A stretch of DNA of 51,592 nucleotides from positions 1 to 51,592 of the forward strand of contig JAZDJU010000034.1 of NCBI GenBank assembly GCA_043803685.1, in the 5' to 3' direction. The stretch is from Candidatus Omnitrophota bacterium. GTDB lineage: Bacteria > Omnitrophota > Omnitrophia > Omnitrophales > Aquincolibacteriaceae. Below, piece by piece: positions 37,425-46,627 of the stretch. Position 1 is the first letter of the stretch. Each line of letters starts with the position of its first letter. A program made the position numbers and the translations under genes. Under the pieces are notes generated by a model. The model was not told the origin of the DNA. It did no database searches and worked only from the letters and a program-made list of their open reading frames with translations.

Positions 37425-38501
37425 ATGAGTGAACCTCTTTTGATCGTCATCACGGTTGCGGCATCTATTCTCGGCCTTGCCGTTCTTCTCTGGATCTTCC
37501 GCCATTTGTTCCAGCGCCCCGTTTCCGACGAAAAAAACTTCCAGCCGTTCCTGCAGCTTCAGCAAGAGCTCCACAATCTCAATACGACCCTGCAAGACCA
37601 GATCCGGACGCTAGCGGGTCAGATGAACGACCAGATGAAGCAGAATTCCCAGTTCCTTCAGGAGAACCAGCAAAATTACCGTCAGGTCATGGGAGATGTC
37701 CAACACCGCTTGGGGGTTTTGCAGCACGCCACGCAGTCCATGATGGATGTCGGTAAGGACATCTCGTCCCTCCACGACATTCTCCGAGCTCCCAAACTGC
37801 GCGGTGGGATGGGCGAGCTGTTGCTTGCGGAACTTTTACGTCAGATCCTCCCGGAGGACCATTTTTCACTCCAGTATCGGTTCGCGAACGGTTCTCAGGT
37901 GGACGCGATCATCCGTCTTGGCGAGGGACTGATCCCGGTCGATGCGAAATTCCCGCTGGAGAATTTCAAACGCATCCTCGAAGCGGGGAGCGACGAGAAA
38001 CAGGCCGAGGCCCGCAAAGGGTTCTGGCGGGACGTCAAAAAACATATTGATGATATCAGCACGAAATACATCCTTCCGGAGGAGGGGACTTTCGAGTTCG
38101 CCCTCCTGTATATTCCGTCCGAAAGCATTTACTATGAAACCATCATCAAGGACGATGCGCAGAATGAAAGTCTCTCAGCCTACGCGATGAAGCGCAAGGT
38201 CATTCCGGTCTCGCCGAATAGTTTCTATGTGTACCTCCAGTCGATCGTCCGCGGGCTCAAAGGCATGCGGATCGAACGCTCGGCACAGATTATCCTCGAA
38301 AACCTGGGGCAGTTGGAAGTGGACCTCGAGCAATGTCTGACAGATTTTGAGAAGATCGGTGGACACCTGGCCCATGCCCGTACGGCCTATGAAAAGACCG
38401 AACAAAGGTTCCAGAAGTTGCGGAACCGTCTGAACGTCCTGGAACAGCATCAGGGAAAAGTCGTGGGGTCTGAGAAGATCGTTGAGACAGAAATTCCTTA
38501 A
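37425..38501 (+). CDS. rmuC: DNA recombination protein RmuC
   Basis: N-terminal TM and coiled coil, PK.RG..GE..L, VDAKFPL, HI.DIS.KYI.P..T.EFALLYIPSE and VSPN. Confidence 0.9.
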   Translation: MSEPLLIVITVAASILGLAVLLWIFRHLFQRPVSDEKNFQPFLQLQQELHNLNTTLQDQIRTLAGQMNDQMKQNSQFLQENQQNYRQVMGDVQHRLGVLQHATQSMMDVGKDISSLHDILRAPKLRGGMGELLLAELLRQILPEDHFSLQYRFANGSQVDAIIRLGEGLIPVDAKFPLENFKRILEAGSDEKQAEARKGFWRDVKKHIDDISTKYILPEEGTFEFALLYIPSESIYYETIIKDDAQNESLSAYAMKRKVIPVSPNSFYVYLQSIVRGLKGMRIERSAQIILENLGQLEVDLEQCLTDFEKIGGHLAHARTAYEKTEQRFQKLRNRLNVLEQHQGKVVGSEKIVETEIP

Positions 38502-38531
38502 ACCGTTTCATCATTCACCGGAGGTGGACAC

Positions 38532-39023
38532 ATGAAATTTCTGAAGAAGCTCGGTAAGGCACTCTTTGGTTCAGGGAAGGCGAAGAAGGTTAAGAAATCC
38601 ATCAAGTCCAAGACGAAGCCTGCCAAGAAAAAAGTGGCCAAGCCCGCCAAAAAGAAGACGATCAGATCTGCCGCCCAAAAAACCGCGAAGAAGAAAGCCC
38701 CGGCGCCTAAAAGGAAGTCCGCCAAGAAAAAAGTTTCCGCAAAGGCCGGGAAAGGGATGATCAAAGCCGCGCTGAAGGCCCTGCCCACCGCGGAGGTGAC
38801 ACATTATTTCCCGCACGTGAATGCCGCGGTGCTCAAGATCAAGACGGGGGAGATCCGGATCGGGGATGAACTTTTGTTCAAGGGACATACCACGGATTTC
38901 AAGCAAAAGGTCATTTCCATGCAGATCGACCACCAGCCGGTATTGATCGCCAAGAAGGGTGATGATTTTGGCGTTCAGGTGAAGTCCCGCGTTCGCGCGG
39001 GGGACCTTGTTTTTAAAAAATGA
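38532..39023 (+). CDS. Lys/Ala-rich N-terminus + translation-factor-like beta-barrel domain protein
   Basis: Histone-like PAKKK repeats, then VTHYF....A.L....G.I..GD...FKG.TTDF.Q.V.SMQIDH......G...G......VR.GD.VF. Confidence 0.7.
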   Translation: MKFLKKLGKALFGSGKAKKVKKSIKSKTKPAKKKVAKPAKKKTIRSAAQKTAKKKAPAPKRKSAKKKVSAKAGKGMIKAALKALPTAEVTHYFPHVNAAVLKIKTGEIRIGDELLFKGHTTDFKQKVISMQIDHQPVLIAKKGDDFGVQVKSRVRAGDLVFKK

Positions 39024-39030
39024 CAGGAAC

Positions 39031-39192
39031 TGTCATCCCCGAATGTTTGAATCGGGGATCCAAAATACAGATCTAGCTCTGGATTCCCGCACTGAACAGC
39101 CGATAAAGCTTCATAGGAAGTTTAGTGCGGCACTCGCTTTCAATTAGATTTTTGACGAGAGCCAGTGCCTCTAAAGACATGCGGGAATGACA
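39031..39192. repeat. REP-like palindromic element (TGTCAT.CCC...GGGAATGACA) with a nested two-hairpin insert
   Basis: TGTCATCCCCG..CGGGGATCCA ... TGGATTCCCGC [insert] GCGGGAATGACA. Confidence 0.7.
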
Positions 39193-39213
39193 AACACAAT
39201 CGGAACAGCATCG

Positions 39214-39534
39214 ATGACCCAACATTATCTGCGTACTTTCAAACCCTTTGTGCTCGAAGAGGTCAAAAAAAGTCTCATCATCATTGGCGACCTTTCGGGG
39301 AATTGCGCTTCCTGTAACGAGCTTGGGATCAACGCCTATGAGGCCAAGGCCTGTCCGCAATGCGGGACGGTGTTCAAATATATCGCGAGTCGGCGGCTTG
39401 AGACGCATCCTTCGGAGCGGTTCCAGCTCGCCAAACGTCTTGGCGAGAAACGACCGGATCTTCTTTTGATCGATTATCTGGATTATCAGAAATCCGCGGG
39501 CGACAAAGCGGCCCGCGATTTTTTCAGTTTGTAG
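39214..39534 (+). CDS. Small zinc-ribbon hypothetical protein
   Basis: CASC...CPQCG. ATG 39214 preferred because the ATG at 39187 lies inside the repeat. Confidence 0.7.
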   Translation: MTQHYLRTFKPFVLEEVKKSLIIIGDLSGNCASCNELGINAYEAKACPQCGTVFKYIASRRLETHPSERFQLAKRLGEKRPDLLLIDYLDYQKSAGDKAARDFFSL

Positions 39535-39551
39535 CCGAAAAACGGAGCGAC

Positions 39552-40892
39552 ATGGACTCGGGACCGATGGACCTCAGCGATTCGAAGGGCCGGATCGCGC
39601 GCGAGATCACGAAGACCTTGAAGGACAAGGGATTCACGGCGTATTTCGCTGGCGGCTGTGTCCGGGACCACCTGAGGGGAGAAAAGCCCCAGGATTTTGA
39701 TATTGCCACGACCGCGACTCCCGACGAAGTCGAAAAGATCTTTCGCAGGACGATCCCCGTTGGCAAACAGTTCGGTGTGATGATCGTGGTCGAAGAAGAG
39801 ATCCCTTTCGAAGTCGCGACCTTCCGCTGCGAGGGAGGATACCAGGACGGCCGCCATCCCTCCCATGTTTCGTTCACCCAACCCGAAGTAGACGCTAAGC
39901 GCCGGGATTTTACGGTGAACGGCATGTTCTATGACCCATTCACTGAAAAGGTGATCGATTTCGTGGAAGGGATGAAGGACCTTCCCAAGAAGCTGATACG
40001 GGCCATCGGCGATCCCTTGGAACGCTTCGAAGAAGACAAGCTCAGGCTGCTCCGGGCGATCCGTTTCGCGTCAACGCTCGGGTTTGAGATCGAAGAGAAC
40101 ACCTGGAAGGCGCTTTGCAAAGAGGCCCCCAAGATCCGCGAAGTGAGTCCCGAACGCATCCGTGAGGAGCTAGTGAAGATCTTCACCCGGTCCGGCGCGG
40201 CACGTGGGTTTGTGCTTCTTTCAAAATCAGGGCTGATGAAAGAGGTCCTGCCGGAGGTGGAGGTAATGCGCGGAGTGGAGCAACCGGAGAATTTCCATCC
40301 CGAAGGCGATGTTTATGAACACACCCGGCTTCTTCTCGAGAATCTCCATCCTCCTGTCTCTACTGTTCTCGCATTTGCCGCGCTCTTTCATGACATCGGA
40401 AAACCCAAGACCTCCGCGATCCGCAAGGGCCGCCTGACCTTCTATGAACATTCCGAAGAAGGGGTCAAGATCGCCCGTGAGATCATGAGGCGCTTGCGTT
40501 TCTCCAACGAGGAGATCGATGCGGTGTCAGAGTGCGTGGCCAACCATATGAAATTCATGGATGTGCAAAAAATGAGGGCCGGAAAGCTCAAGCAATTCGT
40601 CAGTCGTCCGTATTTTGAAGAGGAGATGGAGCTTCACCGCGTGGATTGCGTATCGAGCCACGGCATGCTCGACAATTTGACGTTCCTTCGCGCGAAGCTC
40701 GAGGAATATTCGCACGAAGAGCTGAAACCTCCGCCGTTCCTCAGCGGACACGATCTCATGGCGCTCGGCATGAAGCCCGGCAAAGAGATGAAGCCTATTT
40801 TGGAAGAAGCGTTCGTACTGCAGCTAGAAGGTCGTTTTAAAAACAGGGAAGATGCCTTAGAATGGCTCAAAGGTCATATTTCCAAGTCTTAA
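39552..40892 (+). CDS. cca: CCA tRNA nucleotidyltransferase with HD domain
   Basis: AGGCVRD.L.G..P.DFDIAT, DAKRRDFTVN, RFEED.LRLLRAIRF, SPERI.EEL, HPEGDV..H and LFHDIGKP. Confidence 0.9.
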   Translation: MDSGPMDLSDSKGRIAREITKTLKDKGFTAYFAGGCVRDHLRGEKPQDFDIATTATPDEVEKIFRRTIPVGKQFGVMIVVEEEIPFEVATFRCEGGYQDGRHPSHVSFTQPEVDAKRRDFTVNGMFYDPFTEKVIDFVEGMKDLPKKLIRAIGDPLERFEEDKLRLLRAIRFASTLGFEIEENTWKALCKEAPKIREVSPERIREELVKIFTRSGAARGFVLLSKSGLMKEVLPEVEVMRGVEQPENFHPEGDVYEHTRLLLENLHPPVSTVLAFAALFHDIGKPKTSAIRKGRLTFYEHSEEGVKIAREIMRRLRFSNEEIDAVSECVANHMKFMDVQKMRAGKLKQFVSRPYFEEEMELHRVDCVSSHGMLDNLTFLRAKLEEYSHEELKPPPFLSGHDLMALGMKPGKEMKPILEEAFVLQLEGRFKNREDALEWLKGHISKS

Positions 40893-40910
40893 CCGCATAA
40901 GGAGGATCTG

Positions 40911-41366
40911 GTGAAAAAACATTTCTTGAAATGGAGTGCCCTTGGGATGCTTGCCGTGATGCTTTCCGGTTGTATGTCGCTTACCCAATCGGAAAAGAAC
41001 GCGGTCTATGAGCTCAAATCCTACGGGGTCAAGAATTGCTCTATGAAGATCAAAGAACCCTCGACCGCCGCGTGGCTCAACTTGCTTCCGGGCGTCGGGC
41101 ATTTCTATCTCGCGACAGGGTCCGAGGAAAAACAGCTGTGGGGTATGGCTTTCTTTAACCTCTTTACCTATCCCTTGTCCTGGTGCTGGGGCATTCCAGG
41201 CGCCTATAGTGACGCCAAGGTCCTGAATAAGAAGGAATGGGTCCGTTTTTACCAGTATACGCCCGCGGGTCAGGACGAGCTGAAAGCTCTTAGGGAAAAA
41301 CACCGGACGGTCGACCTTGGGTTGAGTGAGATCGATTCGAATGACGGAAGGGTCAGAGCATCGTGA
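40911..41366 (+). CDS. Putative membrane lipoprotein (TM2-like)
   Basis: Lipobox LSG-C and K.P..AA.L..LPG.GHFY motif. RBS AAGGAGG. Confidence 0.65.
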   Translation: MKKHFLKWSALGMLAVMLSGCMSLTQSEKNAVYELKSYGVKNCSMKIKEPSTAAWLNLLPGVGHFYLATGSEEKQLWGMAFFNLFTYPLSWCWGIPGAYSDAKVLNKKEWVRFYQYTPAGQDELKALREKHRTVDLGLSEIDSNDGRVRAS

Positions 41367-41827
41367 GATCCACGAGCCGGTGCTTGCTCTGGCTACTGAC
41401 GGGGCTGTGTTTTTTTTCATCGGTCCTTTATGCCGAGCCCGTGGCCGCGGTTGAGAATGACGGGACTTTGACGCTTGAGAGCGGCAAAAAAATATTCCTG
41501 GTCGGGCTCCGGATGGACTCGGAAGGGATCTCCGTGCTTCGGGTGCTCGCGCAGAAGCAAGATCTGAGGCTCGAATTGATCGCCAATCCCAAGCCGGGAG
41601 CCCCCGAAGCTGCCTATGCCTATCTCCAGGCGAAGTATCTGAAATTCCCCGTCAAGCCGAACGGGATCCCCGACGAAGAGGAAGTGCTTCTCAATGAATT
41701 TCTGGTGAAGACCGGCGCGGCCAAGGTGGCCGAGGACCAGGACTTCGGCCGCAAACCCAATTTCCTGAAGATCCAGGAAGAAGCCAAGGCCAAAGGCGAA
41801 GGCGTTTGGTCTTACGAGGTCTCTTGA
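41363..41827 (+). CDS. Thermonuclease (SNase)-like secreted protein, degenerate
   Basis: Signal peptide; DGTLTL.....I.LVG, LLNE.LV..G.A and EEAKAKGEGVWS, typical of an SNase C-terminus. Confidence 0.65.
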   Translation: MRSTSRCLLWLLTGLCFFSSVLYAEPVAAVENDGTLTLESGKKIFLVGLRMDSEGISVLRVLAQKQDLRLELIANPKPGAPEAAYAYLQAKYLKFPVKPNGIPDEEEVLLNEFLVKTGAAKVAEDQDFGRKPNFLKIQEEAKAKGEGVWSYEVS

Positions 41828-43335
41828 AATTCCTCGGCGTTCTTCTCCTCCTATTCTTGATCCTCGGAGTCGTTGTTGGAGCCGTCGCCTACTTTTCGTT
41901 CCGCAACTTCGATCCCAACATGTTTCGCGCGGAATTCGAGAAACAGCTTTCCCGCCAAACGGGTTTTCGAGTGGAATTGGGCGATGTCCAGCTTCAGTGG
42001 GGGCTTCAGCCGCAACTCGAAGTCGCCGGACTCAAGTTCTATCATCCCCAGAGCGCTGAAAAGATCCTGCAAAGTGGCCCGGTCCGGATCGATCTCGATC
42101 TGACGGCCATCCTTCAAAAACATTTTGGCGTTTCTGAGATCATGATCCAAAGCCCGGAGGTTTTTTTACGCCGCGGCCGGGAAGGGATCTGGAATTGGGA
42201 GATCGCCCGAGGATCCACCCCTTCGATCCCGGCGGCTGTGAGCGCGGATCATTCCAGGGGCGGTCTTATTCCAGTTGCTGAAGCTGCGGAAGCGCCGCAA
42301 AGGGCTCCGGCGAAGGATGTGGATCGCTTTACTCAAGGGTGGGAAGTTGGATTCGGAAAGATCTTGATACAAGACGCGACCGTTCACTTTACCGACGAGA
42401 CGGTGGAGCCGGCTTATCGGTTAGATATTGAAAAGCTCGAAGCTGAGGCGCGCGAGCCCTCACTTCAGAAGGCATTTCATTTTACGGCGGGCGGGACGAT
42501 CTTTCACGCTACGAAAAGGAATCTCGAGGTGGAAGGTGACTTGGACCTTGTCGCGCAGTCGCTCGATTTTTCGCTTCGCTACGGTCCTGAAACAGCGATG
42601 CTCAAAGGACGTCTCAAGGTCCTCAAGGCATCGCCGCATTTTGAAGGTACGATCGAAGTTCGGGATCTGGATATGGAGTCCGTGACCCCCGCGGCTTACA
42701 AAAAGAGCGAACACGTGACAGGCCGGCTTAGTGTCAAAGCTCAGATCGCGCTCGACGGCGCAAATCCCGATGCTCTCAAGCGGTCTTTGCAGGGCCAAGG
42801 AACGGCCGAGATCCTGGACGGAGCTCTCCGGAACCGGAACCTGATCAAGGAGGTTTTTGATCGTCTTTCTCCGGCGATGGCGGTCACGAGCGCTTTAGGC
42901 GGGGAGTTGCCTCCGGAAATGAACGAGATGTTGGCGGATCGCGATACCCCGTTCCAATCGCTCAAGGTTGCGTGTGAGGTTCAAGCGGGGATCGTGAAAG
43001 TCGGCAATTTCCGGCTCTCACATTCCAATTATCAGTTGTCCGGGCAAGGGACTTATGGATTGCTGGACGATCGGATCAGTAGCGCTCTGCAGTTAATGCT
43101 CTCCAAGAGCATTTCCGCCTACTTGATGAAAAAAATCCGGGAAATGGAACTCCTCGCGGACGGAGTGGGTCAGGTCGTGATCCCGTTCCGTTACAGTGGA
43201 GTTTTCCCGAACGCCTCGGCCCAGCCGGACCTGAACTATATTGGCGCGAAATTGTTGCAGGGGGGGGCGGATCAGCTTCTTGACCGGGGGCTTGAACAAC
43301 TATCTAAATATCTGGAGCGAAAGAAGAAAAAATGA
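41824..43335 (+). CDS. AsmA family protein
   Basis: N-terminal TM, ..E..LS..TG..V.LG, beta-rich body and SLQGQG...I.DG. Start uncertain (TTG 41824). Confidence 0.75.
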   Translation: MKFLGVLLLLFLILGVVVGAVAYFSFRNFDPNMFRAEFEKQLSRQTGFRVELGDVQLQWGLQPQLEVAGLKFYHPQSAEKILQSGPVRIDLDLTAILQKHFGVSEIMIQSPEVFLRRGREGIWNWEIARGSTPSIPAAVSADHSRGGLIPVAEAAEAPQRAPAKDVDRFTQGWEVGFGKILIQDATVHFTDETVEPAYRLDIEKLEAEAREPSLQKAFHFTAGGTIFHATKRNLEVEGDLDLVAQSLDFSLRYGPETAMLKGRLKVLKASPHFEGTIEVRDLDMESVTPAAYKKSEHVTGRLSVKAQIALDGANPDALKRSLQGQGTAEILDGALRNRNLIKEVFDRLSPAMAVTSALGGELPPEMNEMLADRDTPFQSLKVACEVQAGIVKVGNFRLSHSNYQLSGQGTYGLLDDRISSALQLMLSKSISAYLMKKIREMELLADGVGQVVIPFRYSGVFPNASAQPDLNYIGAKLLQGGADQLLDRGLEQLSKYLERKKKK

Positions 43336-43883
43336 AAAAAATACTGATCACCGTGAGCGGCAAGGACCAACCCGGTATTATCGCGAAAGTGAGCGGCCTG
43401 TTGTTCGCCCGGGGGTGTAATCTCGAAGATGTCAGCATGACCCTTCTGGAAGGGCAGTTCGCCATGATGATGACCGTTTGTTTGCCTTCGCCGGCGTGCA
43501 GGATCCGGGTTATGCAGGGTCTGGAGCTCCTCGGGAGCATTCCGTGGTCCTTGGACTGTCACGTGACCGAGCTCCAGGGAAAGACTGCTCACGGAAAAAA
43601 ACATGCGAAGGGATCATCGCCGCATATGATCACAGCGTTCGGCAAGGATCGCACCGGGATCGTGTATGAAGTGAGCCGCGCGTTGGCGGGGACGCACGTC
43701 AATATCACGGACCTCGACAGTCGTATCCTGGGGAAGGGCGCCAAGACCACGTACGCGATGCTTTTGGAGGTGGACGTCCCGGGTCGTGTTGTTTCCGCGA
43801 AGCTTAAGGCTCTTCTGGCGAAGGTCGCGAAGAAGCTGAAGATCGAGATCCAGATCAAGCCATTGGAACGCGTTTCTCTCTAA
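43332..43883 (+). CDS. Double-ACT domain protein (GcvR-like)
   Basis: ITVSGKDQPGII..VS..L...GCNLED and ITAFGKDRTGIV..VS..LA...VNITDL. Confidence 0.85.
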   Translation: MKKILITVSGKDQPGIIAKVSGLLFARGCNLEDVSMTLLEGQFAMMMTVCLPSPACRIRVMQGLELLGSIPWSLDCHVTELQGKTAHGKKHAKGSSPHMITAFGKDRTGIVYEVSRALAGTHVNITDLDSRILGKGAKTTYAMLLEVDVPGRVVSAKLKALLAKVAKKLKIEIQIKPLERVSL

Positions 43884-43889
43884 TTCTCG

Positions 43890-44384
43890 ATGAAATCCGC
43901 GCCTCTTCGGATCTTTCCGGATCCGGTTCTCAGAAAAAAAACGCAAGCCATTACGGTCTTTGACCGTTCGCTCCTGAAATTGGTGGCCGCGCTCGTCCGT
44001 GTTATGAAGCGCCAGCCGTACGGGATCGGCATTGCCGCGCCGCAGATCGGGGTCGCGAAGGCCGTCGCCCTTGTGGATGTGTCGAAGCGCGACCCGCAGG
44101 CGAAGCGTCTCATCCTGGTCAATCCCGTGATCCTTGAAAGAAGGGAGCCGGAAACGCGGAAGGAAGGGTGTATGAGCTTCCCAGATTATACGGCGTTCCT
44201 GAAACGCCACCGGTGGGTGCGCCTTCGCTGGCAGGACGAGCGGGGCAACTTTTCCGAAAAGGTTTGTACGGGGATCGAGGCGATCTGCGTCGAGCACGAG
44301 GTGGACCATCTTCAGGGAGTCCTTTTCATCGACCATGTGACATGCCTGAAGACAGACCTTTTTCCGCGGGCTACCAGGAGATGA
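43890..44384 (+). CDS. def: Peptide deformylase
   Basis: GIGIAAPQIG, EGCMS and HEVDHLQG motifs. Confidence 0.93.
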   Translation: MKSAPLRIFPDPVLRKKTQAITVFDRSLLKLVAALVRVMKRQPYGIGIAAPQIGVAKAVALVDVSKRDPQAKRLILVNPVILERREPETRKEGCMSFPDYTAFLKRHRWVRLRWQDERGNFSEKVCTGIEAICVEHEVDHLQGVLFIDHVTCLKTDLFPRATRR

Positions 44385-44405
44385 AGGGGTAGGTACGATG
44401 AAGTT

Positions 44406-44523
44406 TGTCATCCCCGTCCCGTGTCTCTGTCATCCTCCGGCTTGACCGGAGGATCCATGCGCGAGATAAACTCCAGCGGGGATTCAGAGAGTGGATTCCC
44501 GATAGAGGCATTCGGGAATGACA
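44406..44523. repeat. Nested REP-like palindromic elements
   Basis: Outer TGTCATCCCCG...CGGGGATTCA..TGGATTCCCGA..TCGGGAATGACA and inner TGTCATCCTCCGG-CTTGA-CCGGAGGATCCA (44428-44457). Same family as 39031-39192. Confidence 0.7.
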
Positions 44524-44686
44524 TTAGTGGAACATAAATAAAAAGTTTAGGCAGTTCCAATACCTTTCATTCCGCCCGAGGCGGGATGGGACAGCCCCAA
44601 CTACCTTAATGGAAATAAATAAAAAGTTTGGGCGGGAAGGGCCCTATGCTATAATTTCCCGCCTTAAAACCATTGCAAGTGAGATC

Positions 44687-45316
44687 GTGAGCACTATCAA
44701 GAGCAGCCTGCAGGTCTTTCAGCGTCGGGTTTTGGACGGGATCGTCAGGCATTTTGCCCATGGCGCGCTTGAGGCACGGGCAGAGAAGGTCGTCCAGCTT
44801 TTTGAAAACCAGATCTTGCAGGGAAGCCGGGTCCTGGATCTTGGAGGGGGTTGGGGGTTTTATGCCGAGCCGCTCAAGAAAAGGGGACATGAACACCTGG
44901 TCCTGGATGTCGTTGATCCGGGGTACAAGAAGGCACCGGTGGTGCTGTATGACGGCCAGAGGATCCCGTTCCCGGATCAAAGCTTTGATGTGACGATCCT
45001 TGTGACCATGCTTCACCATGTGCCGGACCCCGAAGCGCTTTTCAGGGAAGTTTACCGGGTGACGCGCCGTAAGGTCGTGGTCGTGGAGGATCTTTACCAT
45101 CACGCGTTAGGCCGGTTCTGGACCCTTTGTCGTGACCGGATCCTGAACGTGGAGTTCATGGAACATCCGCACCAGTTCCGGAAAGACGGATCGTGGCGGG
45201 ATTTTTTCAGGGCCGCGGGTTTTGAGGTTGGTTCTTTTAAAAGTTTTTATACCTGGCTTTCGGGGCTTCGCATTTTGAACGGGGTCTACGTCTTAGAAAA
45301 ACAGGGTAAAGGGTAA
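44687..45316 (+). CDS. Class I SAM-dependent methyltransferase
   Basis: VLDLGGGWG, YDG.RIPFPDQSFDV, LHHVPDP...RE..RV. GTG 44687 preferred because TGCTATAAT (44647-44655) lies upstream. Confidence 0.85.
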   Translation: MSTIKSSLQVFQRRVLDGIVRHFAHGALEARAEKVVQLFENQILQGSRVLDLGGGWGFYAEPLKKRGHEHLVLDVVDPGYKKAPVVLYDGQRIPFPDQSFDVTILVTMLHHVPDPEALFREVYRVTRRKVVVVEDLYHHALGRFWTLCRDRILNVEFMEHPHQFRKDGSWRDFFRAAGFEVGSFKSFYTWLSGLRILNGVYVLEKQGKG

Positions 45317-45373
45317 CGGGAAACGCCGAACGTGGAGTGGAATCGTTCCCCGTTCAACGTTGGCCGTTTCCCG
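45314..45373. repeat. Heptamer-periodic inverted repeat (AACG/CGTT core)
   Basis: TAACGGG AAACGCC GAACGTG ... TCGTTCC CCGTTCA ACGTTGG CCGTTTC. Confidence 0.65.
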
Positions 45374-45383
45374 GATTTAAATT

Positions 45384-45791
45384 ATGACAACACTCTCGGT
45401 TGAAAAAGTGCTTTGGATGAAAGAGGGCGAGGGGATCACGGCCTGTGGGCGTATCCCTGAGGATTCCGAATTCTTCAAGGATCACTTTCCGGGATTCCCG
45501 GTGCTTCCCGGAGTGCTGGCGCTGGAGATGCTCAAGCAGACCGCCGAACGGTACCTGGCGTCGCTTACGAGCGGTGAGGGGCAGCATTATTTTTTGAAGC
45601 AGATCCGCGCGACGCGTTTCACGAAGTATCTGAAGCCGGGCGACGAATGGGAAAGCCGTCTGACGCTCACGAAAAGCGAGGGCGAAGAGACGGTGTGGGA
45701 CGCAAAGTTGTTTTATCGCGGCGAAGTCGCCGTCTCGGCCAAGTTGACGCTTGCCCGAGTGAAGAACCCGCAATCATCAGCATTGTCTTAA
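45384..45791 (+). CDS. FabA/FabZ-like hot-dog dehydratase
   Basis: FFKDHFPGFPVLPGVLALEM.KQ and F.K...PGD. Confidence 0.85.
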   Translation: MTTLSVEKVLWMKEGEGITACGRIPEDSEFFKDHFPGFPVLPGVLALEMLKQTAERYLASLTSGEGQHYFLKQIRATRFTKYLKPGDEWESRLTLTKSEGEETVWDAKLFYRGEVAVSAKLTLARVKNPQSSALS

Positions 45792-45813
45792 ACAACTTAG
45801 GAAGGACTCGAGA

Positions 45814-46227
45814 ATGACCATGGATAAAGAATTCTTTACGAAGGTGCAACAAACACTTGCTGGAGCCCTGGGCGTGGACGAGTCAGAAGTCACGCCGGAA
45901 GCTTCCCTGAAACGGGACCTCGGCGCGGAATCCATCGATTTTATCGATATCGTGTTCCGTCTTGAAAAGGCCTTCGACCTCAAGATCCCCGCGGGGTACC
46001 TTTTCCCGAGCAATCTTCTTAATGACGAGCGTTTTGTCAAAGAAGGCATGGTTACTCCCGAGGGGCTCGCGGAATTGCGCGTGAAGCTGCCTTACCTTGA
46101 GCTTGAGGAATTCACCAAAGATCCCCAGATCACGAAGCTCGCGGATTGTTTTACGGTGAAGATGCTTCTCCGTTATCTGAGCGATCGCCTGAGCAAGAGC
46201 TCCTGCTCCGATCAATGTTGCTCGTAA
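45814..46227 (+). CDS. Extended acyl carrier protein
   Basis: V...LA.ALGVDE.EVTPEASL..DLGAES*IDFIDIVFRLE..F (Ser attachment site in ESID), with a ~50-aa insertion before FTV. Confidence 0.85.
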   Translation: MTMDKEFFTKVQQTLAGALGVDESEVTPEASLKRDLGAESIDFIDIVFRLEKAFDLKIPAGYLFPSNLLNDERFVKEGMVTPEGLAELRVKLPYLELEEFTKDPQITKLADCFTVKMLLRYLSDRLSKSSCSDQCCS

Positions 46228-46619
46228 AGCAAGGACCCGCGCGAGACGCGGGGCGGACGGCCACGCTTCGCGGTATTGGCGTTGATGTGGTGTCCCGAAG
46301 CCGCATCAAAAAATTTCTCTCCCGCCATAAGGATTATATCCGCGAGCGTTTCTTGAACGCCGCCGAACGCCGCTCCTTCAAACGTCTTTCTTTGCAGGAT
46401 TTCGCCGAGCTTTTTACGGCCAAGGAGGCGTTTTTCAAGGCTTGTGGGGAGTCCTGGATGGGACTCGAAGGATTCCAGGGCATGCGGATGAAACGTCGTG
46501 AAGGGGATTGCTTTCAAATGGAATGGCGTACCGGGGGCACCAGGAAATTCTATCGCGGGGAAGGTCATTTTTTCCGAAGCGGGGACCTGGTCGGCGCTCA
46601 GGCCATGATCTGGAGATAA
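46215..46619 (+). CDS. acpS: Holo-ACP synthase (AcpS-type PPTase)
   Basis: GIGVDVV..SRI, RFL...E and FTAKEAFFKA. Confidence 0.8.
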   Translation: MLLVKQGPARDAGRTATLRGIGVDVVSRSRIKKFLSRHKDYIRERFLNAAERRSFKRLSLQDFAELFTAKEAFFKACGESWMGLEGFQGMRMKRREGDCFQMEWRTGGTRKFYRGEGHFFRSGDLVGAQAMIWR

Positions 46620-46627
46620 CAAATAAC

